A DNA stretch of 39,123 nucleotides from a virus. This document shows positions 1 through 8,336 of this stretch, piece by piece. The position numbers and the translations under genes are program-made. Location: the IMG/VR virus record IMGVR_UViG_3300045988_068423, positions 1 through 39,123 of that record, one strand, 5' to 3'. How positions within the stretch are numbered: position 1 is the stretch's first letter; each line of letters begins with the position of its first letter. The notes under the pieces are model-generated. The model saw only the letters and a list, made by a program, of their open reading frames with translations. It had not been told where the DNA came from and ran no database searches.

Positions 1-141
1 ATCTGGCCCCGAAATGGTTGGAAGAATGGGCAATCGTACCGCTGTCGCAAACAACGACCAAATCGTGGACGGCATTTCTGCGGGCGTGTATCGTGCGGTG
101 CGCGAAGCAATGGGCAATGGCTCAAAGGGACAGCCTATGAC
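1..141. repeat. Terminal direct repeat, copy 1 (identical to 38983-39123); circular-closure overlap
   Basis: Bases 1-141 recur exactly at the window end (offset 38,982). The tape-measure reading frame runs straight through the junction. Confidence 0.95.
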
Positions 142-241
142 CGTTGTCGTGCAGATGAACGGCAAGGAGATGTTCCGACAAGTGGTCAGAGAGAACAACG
201 CCGTTGTCCGGGCGACTGGGGCAAGTCCTCTTGTTACATAA
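2..241 (+). CDS. Tail tape measure protein, C-terminal end (same gene as 38795-39123, wrapped across the junction)
   Basis: Frame is open from the window start. The ...[27 protein letters not shown]... motif is typical of Firmicutes siphovirus TMP C-termini. Stop is TAA at 239-241. Confidence 0.8.
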   Translation, partial: SGPEMVGRMGNRTAVANNDQIVDGISAGVYRAVREAMGNGSKGQPMTVVVQMNGKEMFRQVVRENNAVVRATGASPLVT

Positions 242-250
242 GGAGGTCAA

Positions 251-622
251 ATGGCAATTTTAACCATTACAAAGGCAGACGGGGCAAATGTCCCGCTGCC
301 TGACCCCAGCGAATATTCGTGGGGCATACAGGATGTTGACGCAGATGGAACGGGGAGAAACCAAAACGGAGACTTGTTTCGTGACCGGGTAGGGATTAAG
401 CGTAAGCTAACTCTATCGTGGCCGCCCACGAAATCCGCACCGATGTCCACATTGCTGCAGGCTGTAGACGAGGTTTTTTTCAAGGTAAAATATCCCGATG
501 CTATGACCGGTTCTGAACGGCAAATGACCGCCTATGTCGGCGACAGGACAGCACCCATGTATAGCCTTATTGATGGCGAATATCAATGGGAGGGGCTTTC
601 CATGAACTTCATCGAGAGGTGA
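251..622 (+). CDS. Distal tail protein-like (short form), assigned by synteny
   Basis: AAGGAGG RBS 8 nt upstream. It lies directly after the TMP. 123 aa, beta-rich. Confidence 0.6.
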   Translation: MAILTITKADGANVPLPDPSEYSWGIQDVDADGTGRNQNGDLFRDRVGIKRKLTLSWPPTKSAPMSTLLQAVDEVFFKVKYPDAMTGSERQMTAYVGDRTAPMYSLIDGEYQWEGLSMNFIER

Positions 623-625
623 GCC

Positions 626-2413
626 ATGCATACTGTAACAGACGCATTTAACGCCGCGTGTTCTGCACCGGGGCGTGAAATCACCAGCAAGGTAAATTTC
701 AACGGTACGACAGACCTTCCGGCATCGGAAATACAGGAAATCATCGTAACGGAGCAATTCGGCTCATCGGATGGCGTGACCATTGGTGCGGCGTTTTCCT
801 CCAGCTGCAAGGTTACGATGTACAAGCAGGATAATCTACCGTTGAACGGAGCGTATTTCATCCCCTCTGTCGGAATCATGGTGGACGGCGAAACGCAGTA
901 TGTTTCAAAAGGCAAATACTACATCCCCACAGACGGCGTGGAGGATAGCGGGAAGCTATGGGTAACAATCACCGGCTATGACCGCATGGCCAGTCTTACG
1001 GACAATTATGTGCCTACCATTGACTTCCCGACCACGCCCGCGCAGATGCTTGCAGATGTGTGTACGCAAGGTAATTTCACTGCCCCATCTGTAACGCTAC
1101 CAAACATCCAAATTGCCACGCCTTACACAGGAACATTGCGGCAGCAGCTCGGATGGCTGGCGGGTCTGATTGGCTGCAATGCCAAATTCGATTCTGCGGG
1201 GAATCTGACATTCTGCTGGTACGCCGACAGCAATTTAACTGTCGGATGGGATGTGCAGTATATGGGCGGTCTGTCCTTGACAGCAGACGAAGCGTTTACC
1301 ATTCACAGTCTGCTGACCGGCACGGAGAACAACACTATCAGCGTTGGCGCGGGAGTTGGCATTAAGGCAATTAACCCGTACATTACACCGGAGGTTGCCG
1401 AAACCGTGTTTGCAATGCTAGACGGCAAAACCATGATGCCCTGCAAAGTCAAGTGGCGCGGCAATCCCGCCGTAGAAGCGGGAGACATTGTAAGCGTCAC
1501 AGATTCCGGCAAGAATGCGCTGAATGTCTATGTGATGGAGCAGTCACTCCATGTAAAAGGCGGAATGTACGCAGAAACCACATGCTATGCACCCGCAGAT
1601 ACAGACTATGCCGCATCATCCCCGACAGAGCAGAAATTCCAGCGGATGTACAGCGATGTCATCAAGTCGTTTCAGGAGGCCACGCAGAAAATCATCGGTG
1701 CAAAAGGCGGATATTTTGAGATAACCTATGACGATGATGGCTACCCCACCGGCTGGACGCTGAAAAACACACCCACCGTCGAGGCAAACACGAAGATGTG
1801 GATTATGTCCATTGGTGGACTTGGTTTTTCTGCGGACGGCGGCAAAACCATCAGCAAAGTCGCCCTCACAATGGACGGCGAAATTGACGGTTCTGCTTTG
1901 GCGATTGGGTCTGTGACACAAGATGCAGTTTCTGGCCTATCACAGCAATTCTCCGTAATGGATGGGGAGATAAACTCCAAGATCAGCAAGACCGAAGCGG
2001 CAAGCAGTTTTGCGGGAAAGTCTGAATTTGAAAATCTCACAAAAACAACGGAAGCGGCGATAAAAGCAAATTCAGAATCTATTACGCAAAATTATTCCGA
2101 AATCAAAGAGCTTTCGGACAAAATCGCCGCCACCGAGGGATATATCAAAACCGGCAAAATCGCCGAGGACGAGAACCAAAACCCCATATATGGTGTCGAG
2201 GTCGGCCAAACAACGGATGACTTGGAATTCTCGGTTTTCGCACGGTTTACGGCTGGAAAACTGTCGTTTTACGACGGCAACGGAAATGAGATCAGCTATT
2301 TTTCCGGCCAAAAGCTGCACATTAAAGAAGCTGTTGTGTTGAGCGCCATGAATCTTGGCGGCTACGAGATGAGCACAAAAAAGGGCATTACAATCAGATG
2401 GGCAGGACGGTGA
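626..2413 (+). CDS. Tail-associated protein (Tal / tail endopeptidase-like baseplate hub)
   Basis: 595 aa, following the Dit-like gene. The N-terminal region recalls the phage tail endopeptidase/minor structural family. The C-terminal part looks coiled-coil-like (SEFENLTKTTEAAIKANSESITQNYSEIKELSDKIAATEG). Confidence 0.65.
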   Translation: MHTVTDAFNAACSAPGREITSKVNFNGTTDLPASEIQEIIVTEQFGSSDGVTIGAAFSSSCKVTMYKQDNLPLNGAYFIPSVGIMVDGETQYVSKGKYYIPTDGVEDSGKLWVTITGYDRMASLTDNYVPTIDFPTTPAQMLADVCTQGNFTAPSVTLPNIQIATPYTGTLRQQLGWLAGLIGCNAKFDSAGNLTFCWYADSNLTVGWDVQYMGGLSLTADEAFTIHSLLTGTENNTISVGAGVGIKAINPYITPEVAETVFAMLDGKTMMPCKVKWRGNPAVEAGDIVSVTDSGKNALNVYVMEQSLHVKGGMYAETTCYAPADTDYAASSPTEQKFQRMYSDVIKSFQEATQKIIGAKGGYFEITYDDDGYPTGWTLKNTPTVEANTKMWIMSIGGLGFSADGGKTISKVALTMDGEIDGSALAIGSVTQDAVSGLSQQFSVMDGEINSKISKTEAASSFAGKSEFENLTKTTEAAIKANSESITQNYSEIKELSDKIAATEGYIKTGKIAEDENQNPIYGVEVGQTTDDLEFSVFARFTAGKLSFYDGNGNEISYFSGQKLHIKEAVVLSAMNLGGYEMSTKKGITIRWAGR

Positions 2414-2417
2414 TAAC

Positions 2418-4328
2418 ATGGCATCGAGCGGAATCGTAAAAACAACCACAGTATATGACTCCTATTTCTGGGTGAAATGGGAGCTGGCCGGTCAGGATAT
2501 TGCCGGCAATAAATCCACCATCAGCTGGTCGTGCGGCATTACACCTGGACATCAGTTCTATTCCAACGCTGTAAAAATGTCCGCCGTTGCCATCAATGGC
2601 GCGACGGTGTACGCCGGTGGGACGTACTCCAACATCACCGACTACAAGGAACGCACCCTCGCTTCCGGCACCCTGACCATCGCCCACGATTCGGACGGCA
2701 GCAAGACCTTCACGGTGGCGGCCTTCAGTGGGCAGGTGTGGAAGGACACCGGCTATCTGACGGCCACGGCGGCGGCGCAGAGCTTTGCATTACCCACCAT
2801 CCCCCGCGCTACCGTGCCGGTAATTGGCGCGGTGGTCATGGGGCAAACCGTAACCATCGGCCTGCCCCGCGCAGTGTCGAGCTTTACCCACACGCTGACC
2901 TATACTTTCGGTTCGGCCTCCGGCACCATTGCCGAGGGCGCGGGCACAGAAGCGCAATGGGCGGTACCCTATGACCTTGCCGTGCAGATCCCCAACAACG
3001 CCAGCGGAACAGGCACGCTGACGTGCAAGACATACAGCGGCAGCACCCTCATAGGCACACAGTCAGTCAACTTTACCGCCACGGTGCCCAGCAACAGCAC
3101 CACACAGCCCAGCGACACCATCGCCGTGTCGCCCGTCAGCTCTTTGGCGGCTCCCTTTAGCGGGCTATACATCCAAGGGCGCACCAAGGCCAAGATCACC
3201 CACACCGCCAGCGGCAAATATGGCGCAACCATCAAATCCTATGCCGCAACAGTGGACGGGCAGACCTACACAGGGCAGGCACCCACCACGGAGATTCTGG
3301 CGACGCCTGGAACGCTGCCAATCACCGGCACGGCCACCGACAGCCGCGGCATTACCGGCACGGCTACCACCTCCATTACGGTGCTGGCTTACACACCTCC
3401 CTCTGTGGAGCGCAACACCGCCACAGACGCCCTTATCTGCGCCCGCGCACTTGCTGACGGCACGCTGGATGATGACGGCACAGCGCTCTATGTGGCGTGC
3501 AGCCGCAAGTATGCCGGCTTGGGCGGCAATAACGCCGCCTCGGTGCAAGTCCGTTATAAGGCCGAATCCGGTGAGTGGTCTGATTGGGTCACGTTTTTTG
3601 CCGAGAGCGCAAGCGGAGATAACTATGCCGGCACCATTGTGGGGATAACGCTGGCGGTAGAATCCCCGTATACCATTGAGCTGCGGGCGGTGGACAAGCT
3701 GGGTGAATCCGGCGGCACGCTGTCTTTTGCAGTCCCCACATCCGAGGCGACTGTAGACTTGGGCGAGGGCGGCAACTCTCTGGGCGTAGGCCGCCGCGCC
3801 CATGTGGGCACGGAGAAGCGGCTTGACGTTGCGTGGGACTCGACATTTGAAAAAGATGTCAAGGTAGACGGGAATTTGTCTGTTCGAGCCACAAACTTGG
3901 GCGAAACACCGCTCAAGGTGGCGGTGCTGGATAGTTCGGGTGTTCTGTATTATCGGACACCGGCGGAATTAAAATCTGATTTGCCCTATGGGGATTATGT
4001 GGTGGAGCAAGGCACATTAGGCATATGGACATATCGCAAGTGGGATAGCGGGATCGCTGAATGCTGGCTAAGCACTGAACAATCTTTAACTTGCGCAGCG
4101 CCAAAATCTTTAATGGGCGGATACTACTCTTCCGTTGATTTAGAGACGCCTTTCACCTTTGCAAGTTACCTTGGAGGGGTGGGGGATTCCGCTCTTGGAA
4201 CCGGTGTTGGCTTTACAAACGTAAGACCTCAATCCTCTAACTCGAAAATTTCGGTTTATTCGTGGGGCAACCAAAATGTTGCTACAATAAACATATTCGC
4301 TATTTACCTTTTTGGAAGATGGAAATAG
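2418..4328 (+). CDS. Putative receptor-binding / tail fibre protein
   Basis: 636 aa, Thr/Gly/Ala/Ser-rich beta-type protein after Tal. The N-terminus (SYFWVKWELAGQDIAGNKSTISWS...HDSDGSKTF) recalls siphovirus DUF859-type tail proteins; this was not verified. Confidence 0.55.
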   Translation: MASSGIVKTTTVYDSYFWVKWELAGQDIAGNKSTISWSCGITPGHQFYSNAVKMSAVAINGATVYAGGTYSNITDYKERTLASGTLTIAHDSDGSKTFTVAAFSGQVWKDTGYLTATAAAQSFALPTIPRATVPVIGAVVMGQTVTIGLPRAVSSFTHTLTYTFGSASGTIAEGAGTEAQWAVPYDLAVQIPNNASGTGTLTCKTYSGSTLIGTQSVNFTATVPSNSTTQPSDTIAVSPVSSLAAPFSGLYIQGRTKAKITHTASGKYGATIKSYAATVDGQTYTGQAPTTEILATPGTLPITGTATDSRGITGTATTSITVLAYTPPSVERNTATDALICARALADGTLDDDGTALYVACSRKYAGLGGNNAASVQVRYKAESGEWSDWVTFFAESASGDNYAGTIVGITLAVESPYTIELRAVDKLGESGGTLSFAVPTSEATVDLGEGGNSLGVGRRAHVGTEKRLDVAWDSTFEKDVKVDGNLSVRATNLGETPLKVAVLDSSGVLYYRTPAELKSDLPYGDYVVEQGTLGIWTYRKWDSGIAECWLSTEQSLTCAAPKSLMGGYYSSVDLETPFTFASYLGGVGDSALGTGVGFTNVRPQSSNSKISVYSWGNQNVATINIFAIYLFGRWK

Positions 4329-4345
4329 CGTAAAAGGAGATCAAC

Positions 4346-4600
4346 ATGACCGATACCATTATCGTAGCTCTCATCACCGGCGGCCTGTCGCTGCTGGGGG
4401 TAATTATCACCAGCAACAAGACCACCCGGGATGTACAGGCCAAGCTTGACACGCAGCAGGCTGTCACCGACACGAAGCTGGAGGAGCTGACCCGGGAGGT
4501 GCGGGAACACAACAATTTCGCCCGCCGTGTGCCGGTGATGGAAGAGCAAATCAAAGTCATTAACCACCGGATCGCCGATCTGGAACAAACCCATCAGTAA
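4346..4600 (+). CDS. Membrane-anchored coiled-coil protein of the lysis cassette
   Basis: AAGGAG RBS. N-terminal TM segment (IIVALITGGLSLLGVIIT) followed by a heptad-like helix. It sits directly upstream of the holin. Confidence 0.6.
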   Translation: MTDTIIVALITGGLSLLGVIITSNKTTRDVQAKLDTQQAVTDTKLEELTREVREHNNFARRVPVMEEQIKVINHRIADLEQTHQ

Positions 4601-4643
4601 TTTTGTGTTGTGCCCGATTTGGGCACGGAAAGGAGCAAAAACC

Positions 4644-4859
4644 ATGAAAATCCCCAACAAGCTGTACGACATTCTCAAGTGGGTGGTCATTATCGTGCTG
4701 CCCGCCGTGGCGACCCTGTATGCAGCCCTGTCCGCTGTCTGGGCGTGGCCGTACTCGGAGGAGGTCGTCACCACCATCACCGCCGTGGATACCTTCCTCG
4801 GCGCCGTGCTGTGCATCTCTGCGGCCACCTACAACAAGGGAGGCAAAGACAATGCCTAA
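4644..4859 (+). CDS. Holin (Dp-1/LL-H-like)
   Basis: AAAGGAG RBS, then ATG at 4644. MKIPNKLYDILKWVVIIVLPAVATLYAALSAVW...TAVDTFLGAVLCIS gives two TM segments in the Dp-1 holin pattern. Its stop overlaps the endolysin start. Confidence 0.75.
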   Translation: MKIPNKLYDILKWVVIIVLPAVATLYAALSAVWAWPYSEEVVTTITAVDTFLGAVLCISAATYNKGGKDNA

Positions 4860-5505
4860 AGTTTATCTGTCCCCCAGCAATCAGACCGAAAACCGCTACG
4901 CCTACGGCAACACCAACGAGGCCGAGCAGTGCGGCCGCATCGCCGAGGCCAGCCGCAAGGCGCTGGAGCGCAGCGGCGTGGAGGTGATGGTGGGGCACAT
5001 GCCCTCCATGCAGGAAAAGGTGCGGGCGTCCGACGCTTTCGGCGCCGACCTCCACGTCCCCATCCACACCAATGCCTTTAACCACAGCGTCATGGGCACC
5101 CGTATGTTTTGCTACAACGCCACAGGCAAAGGCATGGCGGCCTGTAAGGCGATTTTTGCCCGCGTGGCGCCCCTGTCTCCTGGCACCAGCGAAAACATTC
5201 AGGTGAACCCGAAGCTCTACGAGGTACGGGTGCCCAAGGCGCCCACGGCCTATCTGGAGTGTGAATTCCACGACACCGTGGAGGGTGCCAGATGGATCGT
5301 GGAGAACGCCGCCGCCATCGGCGAGGCCATCGCCCGCGGCATCTGCGACTACTTCGGCGTGACATTTAAGGAAAAGGAGAAGCCCGCCACCACCGATAAG
5401 CTCTACCGGGTGCAGGTGGGCGCATTCGCCAACAAGGAGAACGCTGAAAAGATGCTCCGGCGACTGAAGGACGCAGGGTTTGAGGGGTACATCCGAGAGT
5501 GGTAA
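4852..5505 (+). CDS. Endolysin: N-acetylmuramoyl-L-alanine amidase with C-terminal SPOR domain
   Basis: MPKVYLSPSNQ...HVPIHTNAF...ECEFHD is amidase_3-like. The C-terminal LYRVQVGAFANKENAEKMLRRLKDAGFEGYI is a SPOR motif. The ATG overlaps the holin stop. Confidence 0.85.
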   Translation: MPKVYLSPSNQTENRYAYGNTNEAEQCGRIAEASRKALERSGVEVMVGHMPSMQEKVRASDAFGADLHVPIHTNAFNHSVMGTRMFCYNATGKGMAACKAIFARVAPLSPGTSENIQVNPKLYEVRVPKAPTAYLECEFHDTVEGARWIVENAAAIGEAIARGICDYFGVTFKEKEKPATTDKLYRVQVGAFANKENAEKMLRRLKDAGFEGYIREW

Positions 5506-5597
5506 AACAAACCCACTGGAGGGCGCAGAGGATACCGATACGCCGACCTCGCGCTCGTGCATAAAGCATCCGCACCTCCACGGCTATTTTTTTGTGT

Positions 5598-5843
5598 ATG
5601 AACAGAAACCACAAGGCCGTAAGGGATTTTCTGTCAAATCTGCCGCCGAAACGAGCCGTTGCTTTTGTTGATTCTTTTTTGCTTCCTGACAATGAAGCGA
5701 TGGTGGTTATAGAATGCGATGTGCGCCGCAAAAGTTGCGTACAGGTATCTATGGAGCGGAATATGTCCGTTGAAACCGTAAAGCGGCACAGATGCAGAGC
5801 GTATCATAAAATTGCACAAGAACTATTTATCCCCCTGCCTTAA
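5598..5843 (+). CDS. Small sigma-70 region-4-like HTH protein
   Basis: The C-terminal MSVETVKRHRCRAYHKIAQEL resembles a region 4/LuxR-type HTH. The RBS is weak and the start is uncertain (TTG 5592 or ATG 5598). Confidence 0.5.
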   Translation: MNRNHKAVRDFLSNLPPKRAVAFVDSFLLPDNEAMVVIECDVRRKSCVQVSMERNMSVETVKRHRCRAYHKIAQELFIPLP

Positions 5844-5870
5844 CCGGCGGGGGGATTTTTGCTTTTTTTG
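5831..5870 (+). terminator. Rho-independent terminator
   Basis: CCCCCTGCC...GGCGGGGGG hairpin followed by ATTTTTGCTTTTTTT. Confidence 0.7.
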
Positions 5871-5878
5871 ACACTTTT

Positions 5879-5905
5879 CAGGCACTTTCGGGTGCCTGTT
5901 TTTTT
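5879..5905 (+). terminator. Rho-independent terminator (second of a tandem pair)
   Basis: CAGGCAC / GTGCCTG 7-bp stem with a 6-nt loop, then T7. Confidence 0.8.
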
Positions 5906-5935
5906 GTACCATAAAAGCAGAAAGAAGGTGGCAAA

Positions 5936-6073
5936 ATGTACGAACGGCTTATAGCCTGCGGTTACACGGAGCAAATGGCAAGGGATATTTTGACCTTGTT
6001 CCAAGACCCGGAAGAATTGCGGATATATGTATATTTTGCCGAACTGTTTTGTAAAGAAAGGACGGTATGTTGA
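5936..6073 (+). CDS. Small hypothetical protein (45 aa)
   Basis: GAAGGTGG RBS. MYERLIACGYTEQMARDILTLFQDPEELRIYVYFAELFCKERTVC. Its stop overlaps the next start. Below the ORF-track length cut-off. Confidence 0.4.
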   Translation: MYERLIACGYTEQMARDILTLFQDPEELRIYVYFAELFCKERTVC

Positions 6074-6465
6074 TGGCATTTAATCCTTATTATCAGAATC
6101 CATATCAGCCGATGGGATATAACGGCCAGTACGGAAATTATGCCCCCCAGAACGCCGCAGGAGCCACGCAAGCGTTTGCGTGCCAAATTACAAGGGTAAA
6201 CGGTAGAAACGGCGCAGAGGCTTTCAGAATGGCCCCAAACAGCTCCATTCTGCTGATGGATGAAAACGACCCCATTGTGTGGATGAAACAGACGGACGGC
6301 GCCGGGTATGCAACGGTAACGCCTTACACGGTTTCTCCGTATCAGGATACCCCGCCTGTGGATGTAAGCAGTCTGGAAGAACGCGTAAAGAGATTGGAGG
6401 ACACAATCAATGGCAAATCCAATGATGCAAATGCTGATGGGAAGCGGAAGCCGAAAGCCGAATAA
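6067..6465 (+). CDS. Hypothetical protein with a Q/N/Y-rich N-terminus
   Basis: MLMAFNPYYQNPYQPMGYNGQYGNY... followed by a folded-looking domain and a coiled C-terminus. ATG 6073 is an alternative start. Confidence 0.6.
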   Translation: MLMAFNPYYQNPYQPMGYNGQYGNYAPQNAAGATQAFACQITRVNGRNGAEAFRMAPNSSILLMDENDPIVWMKQTDGAGYATVTPYTVSPYQDTPPVDVSSLEERVKRLEDTINGKSNDANADGKRKPKAE

Positions 6466-6628
6466 CCCCCTTGCGATGGTGGCAGAGTTCCGAAAATTTG
6501 CTGCCGGCATGACCCCGCAAAAAGCACAGCAGGAAATCGAGCGGTTACTAACTTCTGGGCAAATGAGCAAAGAGCAGTTTGCCGATTTGCAGAAACAAGC
6601 AAAGGACTTTATGCAATTCCTAAAATAG
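6410..6628 (+). CDS. Small helical hypothetical protein
   Basis: GGAGG RBS 9 nt upstream. 72 aa, Met/Gln/Lys-rich. It overlaps the 3' end of the previous gene by 56 nt. Confidence 0.55.
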   Translation: MANPMMQMLMGSGSRKPNNPLAMVAEFRKFAAGMTPQKAQQEIERLLTSGQMSKEQFADLQKQAKDFMQFLK

Positions 6629-6678
6629 GCCGGGTCGACACGGTTTATTTATAAAAATTTATGAAAGGAGTTTTCCAC

Positions 6679-7290
6679 ATGGAGAACGGTATGTCTCTTA
6701 GCGATATCGCCGCTGTGACGCGCGGTACAAACGAAGAAAACGGCTGGGGCTCCGGCTGGTTTCTCATCGTTGTTCTGTTCCTGTTCATGTTCGGTTTCGG
6801 CGGCAACGGCTGGAATCGGCAGGGTGAGTTCGGGCAGTTCGCTACCGCTGCCAGCCAGCAGGAGATTCTCTTCGGCCAGCAGTTTGGGCAGCTCAACGAC
6901 CGCCTGACCAACATCGGTAACGGCATCTGCAATCTCGGGTACGAGATGCAGGGCGGCATCGGGCAGTTGGGCAAGGAGATGGCTTTGGCGCAGAACGGCA
7001 CCAACATGACCATCATGCAGACCAGCAACAGCATCCAGAGCCAGATGGCGCAGTGCTGCTGCGACACCCAGCGGGCCATTGATGGCGTAAACGCCAACAT
7101 CGAGGCCAAGTTTGCGGCGCTGGAGAAGTCTCAGCTTGAGCAGCGCATTGCGGAACAGTCCGCCCGCATTGCAAGCCTTGAGATGGACAATCGGATGTAT
7201 GGCGTGGTTCGCTATCCCAACGGCTACACCTACAACGCCGGTAATTCCCCCTTCTGCGGCTGCAATAGCTGCTGCGGCGCAAACATCTGA
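6679..7290 (+). CDS. Membrane-anchored Q/N-rich coiled-coil protein with Cys clusters
   Basis: AAAGGAG RBS. TM segment WFLIVVLFLFMFGF, internal CCCD motif, and a C-terminal FCGCNSCCGANI. Confidence 0.65.
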   Translation: MENGMSLSDIAAVTRGTNEENGWGSGWFLIVVLFLFMFGFGGNGWNRQGEFGQFATAASQQEILFGQQFGQLNDRLTNIGNGICNLGYEMQGGIGQLGKEMALAQNGTNMTIMQTSNSIQSQMAQCCCDTQRAIDGVNANIEAKFAALEKSQLEQRIAEQSARIASLEMDNRMYGVVRYPNGYTYNAGNSPFCGCNSCCGANI

Positions 7291-7322
7291 CAAAATCGAA
7301 AGGCCCCTTTTGGCCGGGTGAT

Positions 7323-7353
7323 GGGCGGGGCTTGTGTCCCGCCCCTTTAATTT
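7323..7353 (+). terminator. Terminator-like hairpin
   Basis: GGGCGGG / CCCGCCC stem with an 8-nt loop, followed by a weak T tract (CTTTAATTT). Confidence 0.45.
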
Positions 7354-7370
7354 AGAAAGGAGATTTTACA

Positions 7371-7772
7371 ATGTCTTGCAAATCTGCGATTTACACTGCT
7401 ATGCAGACCCCCACGGAGGTTGCCGTAAATGGTGTTATCCCTCTGGGAAGTCTTATCCGCCGCTATGGATGTGATATTTCTTTGAACGGAAACGCTGTCA
7501 ATATCGTTAGCAAAGGATATTATGATGTCGATGTGTCCATCACTGTATCCCCCACGGCGGCAGGGACGGTCACTGCAACGCTTATCAAGGACGGCGTGGT
7601 TGTTCCCGGTGCAACAGCCTCCGCAAATGCTGCGGCTGGCGCGCCTGTTGCGCTGGCATTCCCCGCTCTTGTGCGTCAGGCGTGTTGCGCATCCGGCTCT
7701 GCGCTGTCGCTGGTACTGACTGGCGCGGCATCCACAGTTAGTAATGTTGCCCTCCGGGTACAGCGCATCTGA
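7371..7772 (+). CDS. Beta-sandwich-like hypothetical protein with conserved Cys residues (BclA-C/C1q-like impression)
   Basis: AAAGGAG RBS. 133 aa, alternating beta pattern, Cys at positions 3 and 34 and a CC pair at 104-105. The fold call is an impression only. Confidence 0.6.
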   Translation: MSCKSAIYTAMQTPTEVAVNGVIPLGSLIRRYGCDISLNGNAVNIVSKGYYDVDVSITVSPTAAGTVTATLIKDGVVVPGATASANAAAGAPVALAFPALVRQACCASGSALSLVLTGAASTVSNVALRVQRI

Positions 7773-7784
7773 TGGAGGTGCGGG

Positions 7785-8096
7785 ATGAAAGTTATTGAGA
7801 AATTGGAAAATTTTATCGATAGCGAGATCCACGATGCAGAAGTATATGCAAAGTGCGCCCTAAAATACAAGGAATCCGACCCCACGCTTGCGAAACTGTT
7901 TTACGATTTGTCCACGGAAGAAATGCGGCACATGGATTTGCTACATGGAGAAGTTGTACGCCAGATTGAGCAGTATCGCAAGGCAAATGGTGAACCGCCC
8001 GCCTCCATGCAGGCTATCTATGATTATCTGCACGAGAAGCAAATCGACAAAGCAAATGATGTAAAGAGCTGCCAAAGCATGTATCGCAATGGGTAA
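7785..8096 (+). CDS. Helical hypothetical protein (possible ferritin-like four-helix bundle)
   Basis: GGAGGTG RBS. Contains DAEVY and EEMRHMDLLH (ExxH-like) motifs. It is the last gene before attP. Confidence 0.55.
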   Translation: MKVIEKLENFIDSEIHDAEVYAKCALKYKESDPTLAKLFYDLSTEEMRHMDLLHGEVVRQIEQYRKANGEPPASMQAIYDYLHEKQIDKANDVKSCQSMYRNG

Positions 8097-8112
8097 ATAT
8101 CGCCCGAAAAGT

Positions 8113-8131
8113 GATAGTAATTTGATAGTAA
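8113..8131 (+). repeat. attP arm-type repeats (GATAGTAA x2, 11-nt register)
   Basis: GATAGTAA at 8113-8120 and 8124-8131. The same core TAGTAA(C) recurs twice at 8350-8369 on the other side of the tRNA-derived core. Confidence 0.6.
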
Positions 8132-8245
8132 CCCAAACGATACGGCGCGGTATAGCGTAACATTTTCGCAAGAAAAACACCAATAAATACCGCACTATAC
8201 CGCTTTATTGCAACAATATACTGCGCTTTTCGAACTGGCTTACGC

Positions 8246-8290
8246 CTTTTAAGCAGGGTGTCCGGGGTTCGAATCCCCGACGGGGCACCA
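8246..8290 (+). other. attP core: 3' portion of a tRNA-Lys(UUU)-like gene (anticodon loop to CCA)
   Basis: Reads CTTTTAA (anticodon loop, UUU), GCAGG, GTGTC, CGGGG-TTCGAAT-CCCCG (T arm), ACGGGGC-A-CCA. No matching 5' half lies upstream. It is adjacent to the integrase. Confidence 0.75.
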
Positions 8291-8334
8291 AAAAAAGCCT
8301 TGAAACTCAACGGTTTCAAGGCTTTTTCTCTTTT
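8291..8334. terminator. Bidirectional rho-independent terminator
   Basis: AAGCCTTGAAAC / GTTTCAAGGCTT 12-bp stem, flanked by an A run upstream and a T run downstream. It ends the integrase operon on the minus strand. Confidence 0.8.
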
Positions 8335-8336
8335 GC

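Noticed and set aside
4720-4851. N-terminal 44-codon extension of the endolysin ORF, and similar upstream extensions of the int, terL, terS and PAPS-reductase ORFs in the track
   Set aside because: The extensions overlap upstream genes, have Arg/Pro/Ser-rich off-frame composition and lack RBSs. Internal ATGs with RBS or ATGA coupling give canonical N-termini.
5506-5591. Possible terminator after the endolysin (GCGCAGAGG...CCTCGCGC, then a later T7 run)
   Set aside because: The stem is imperfect and the T run is about 30 nt away from it, so this is not a convincing intrinsic terminator.
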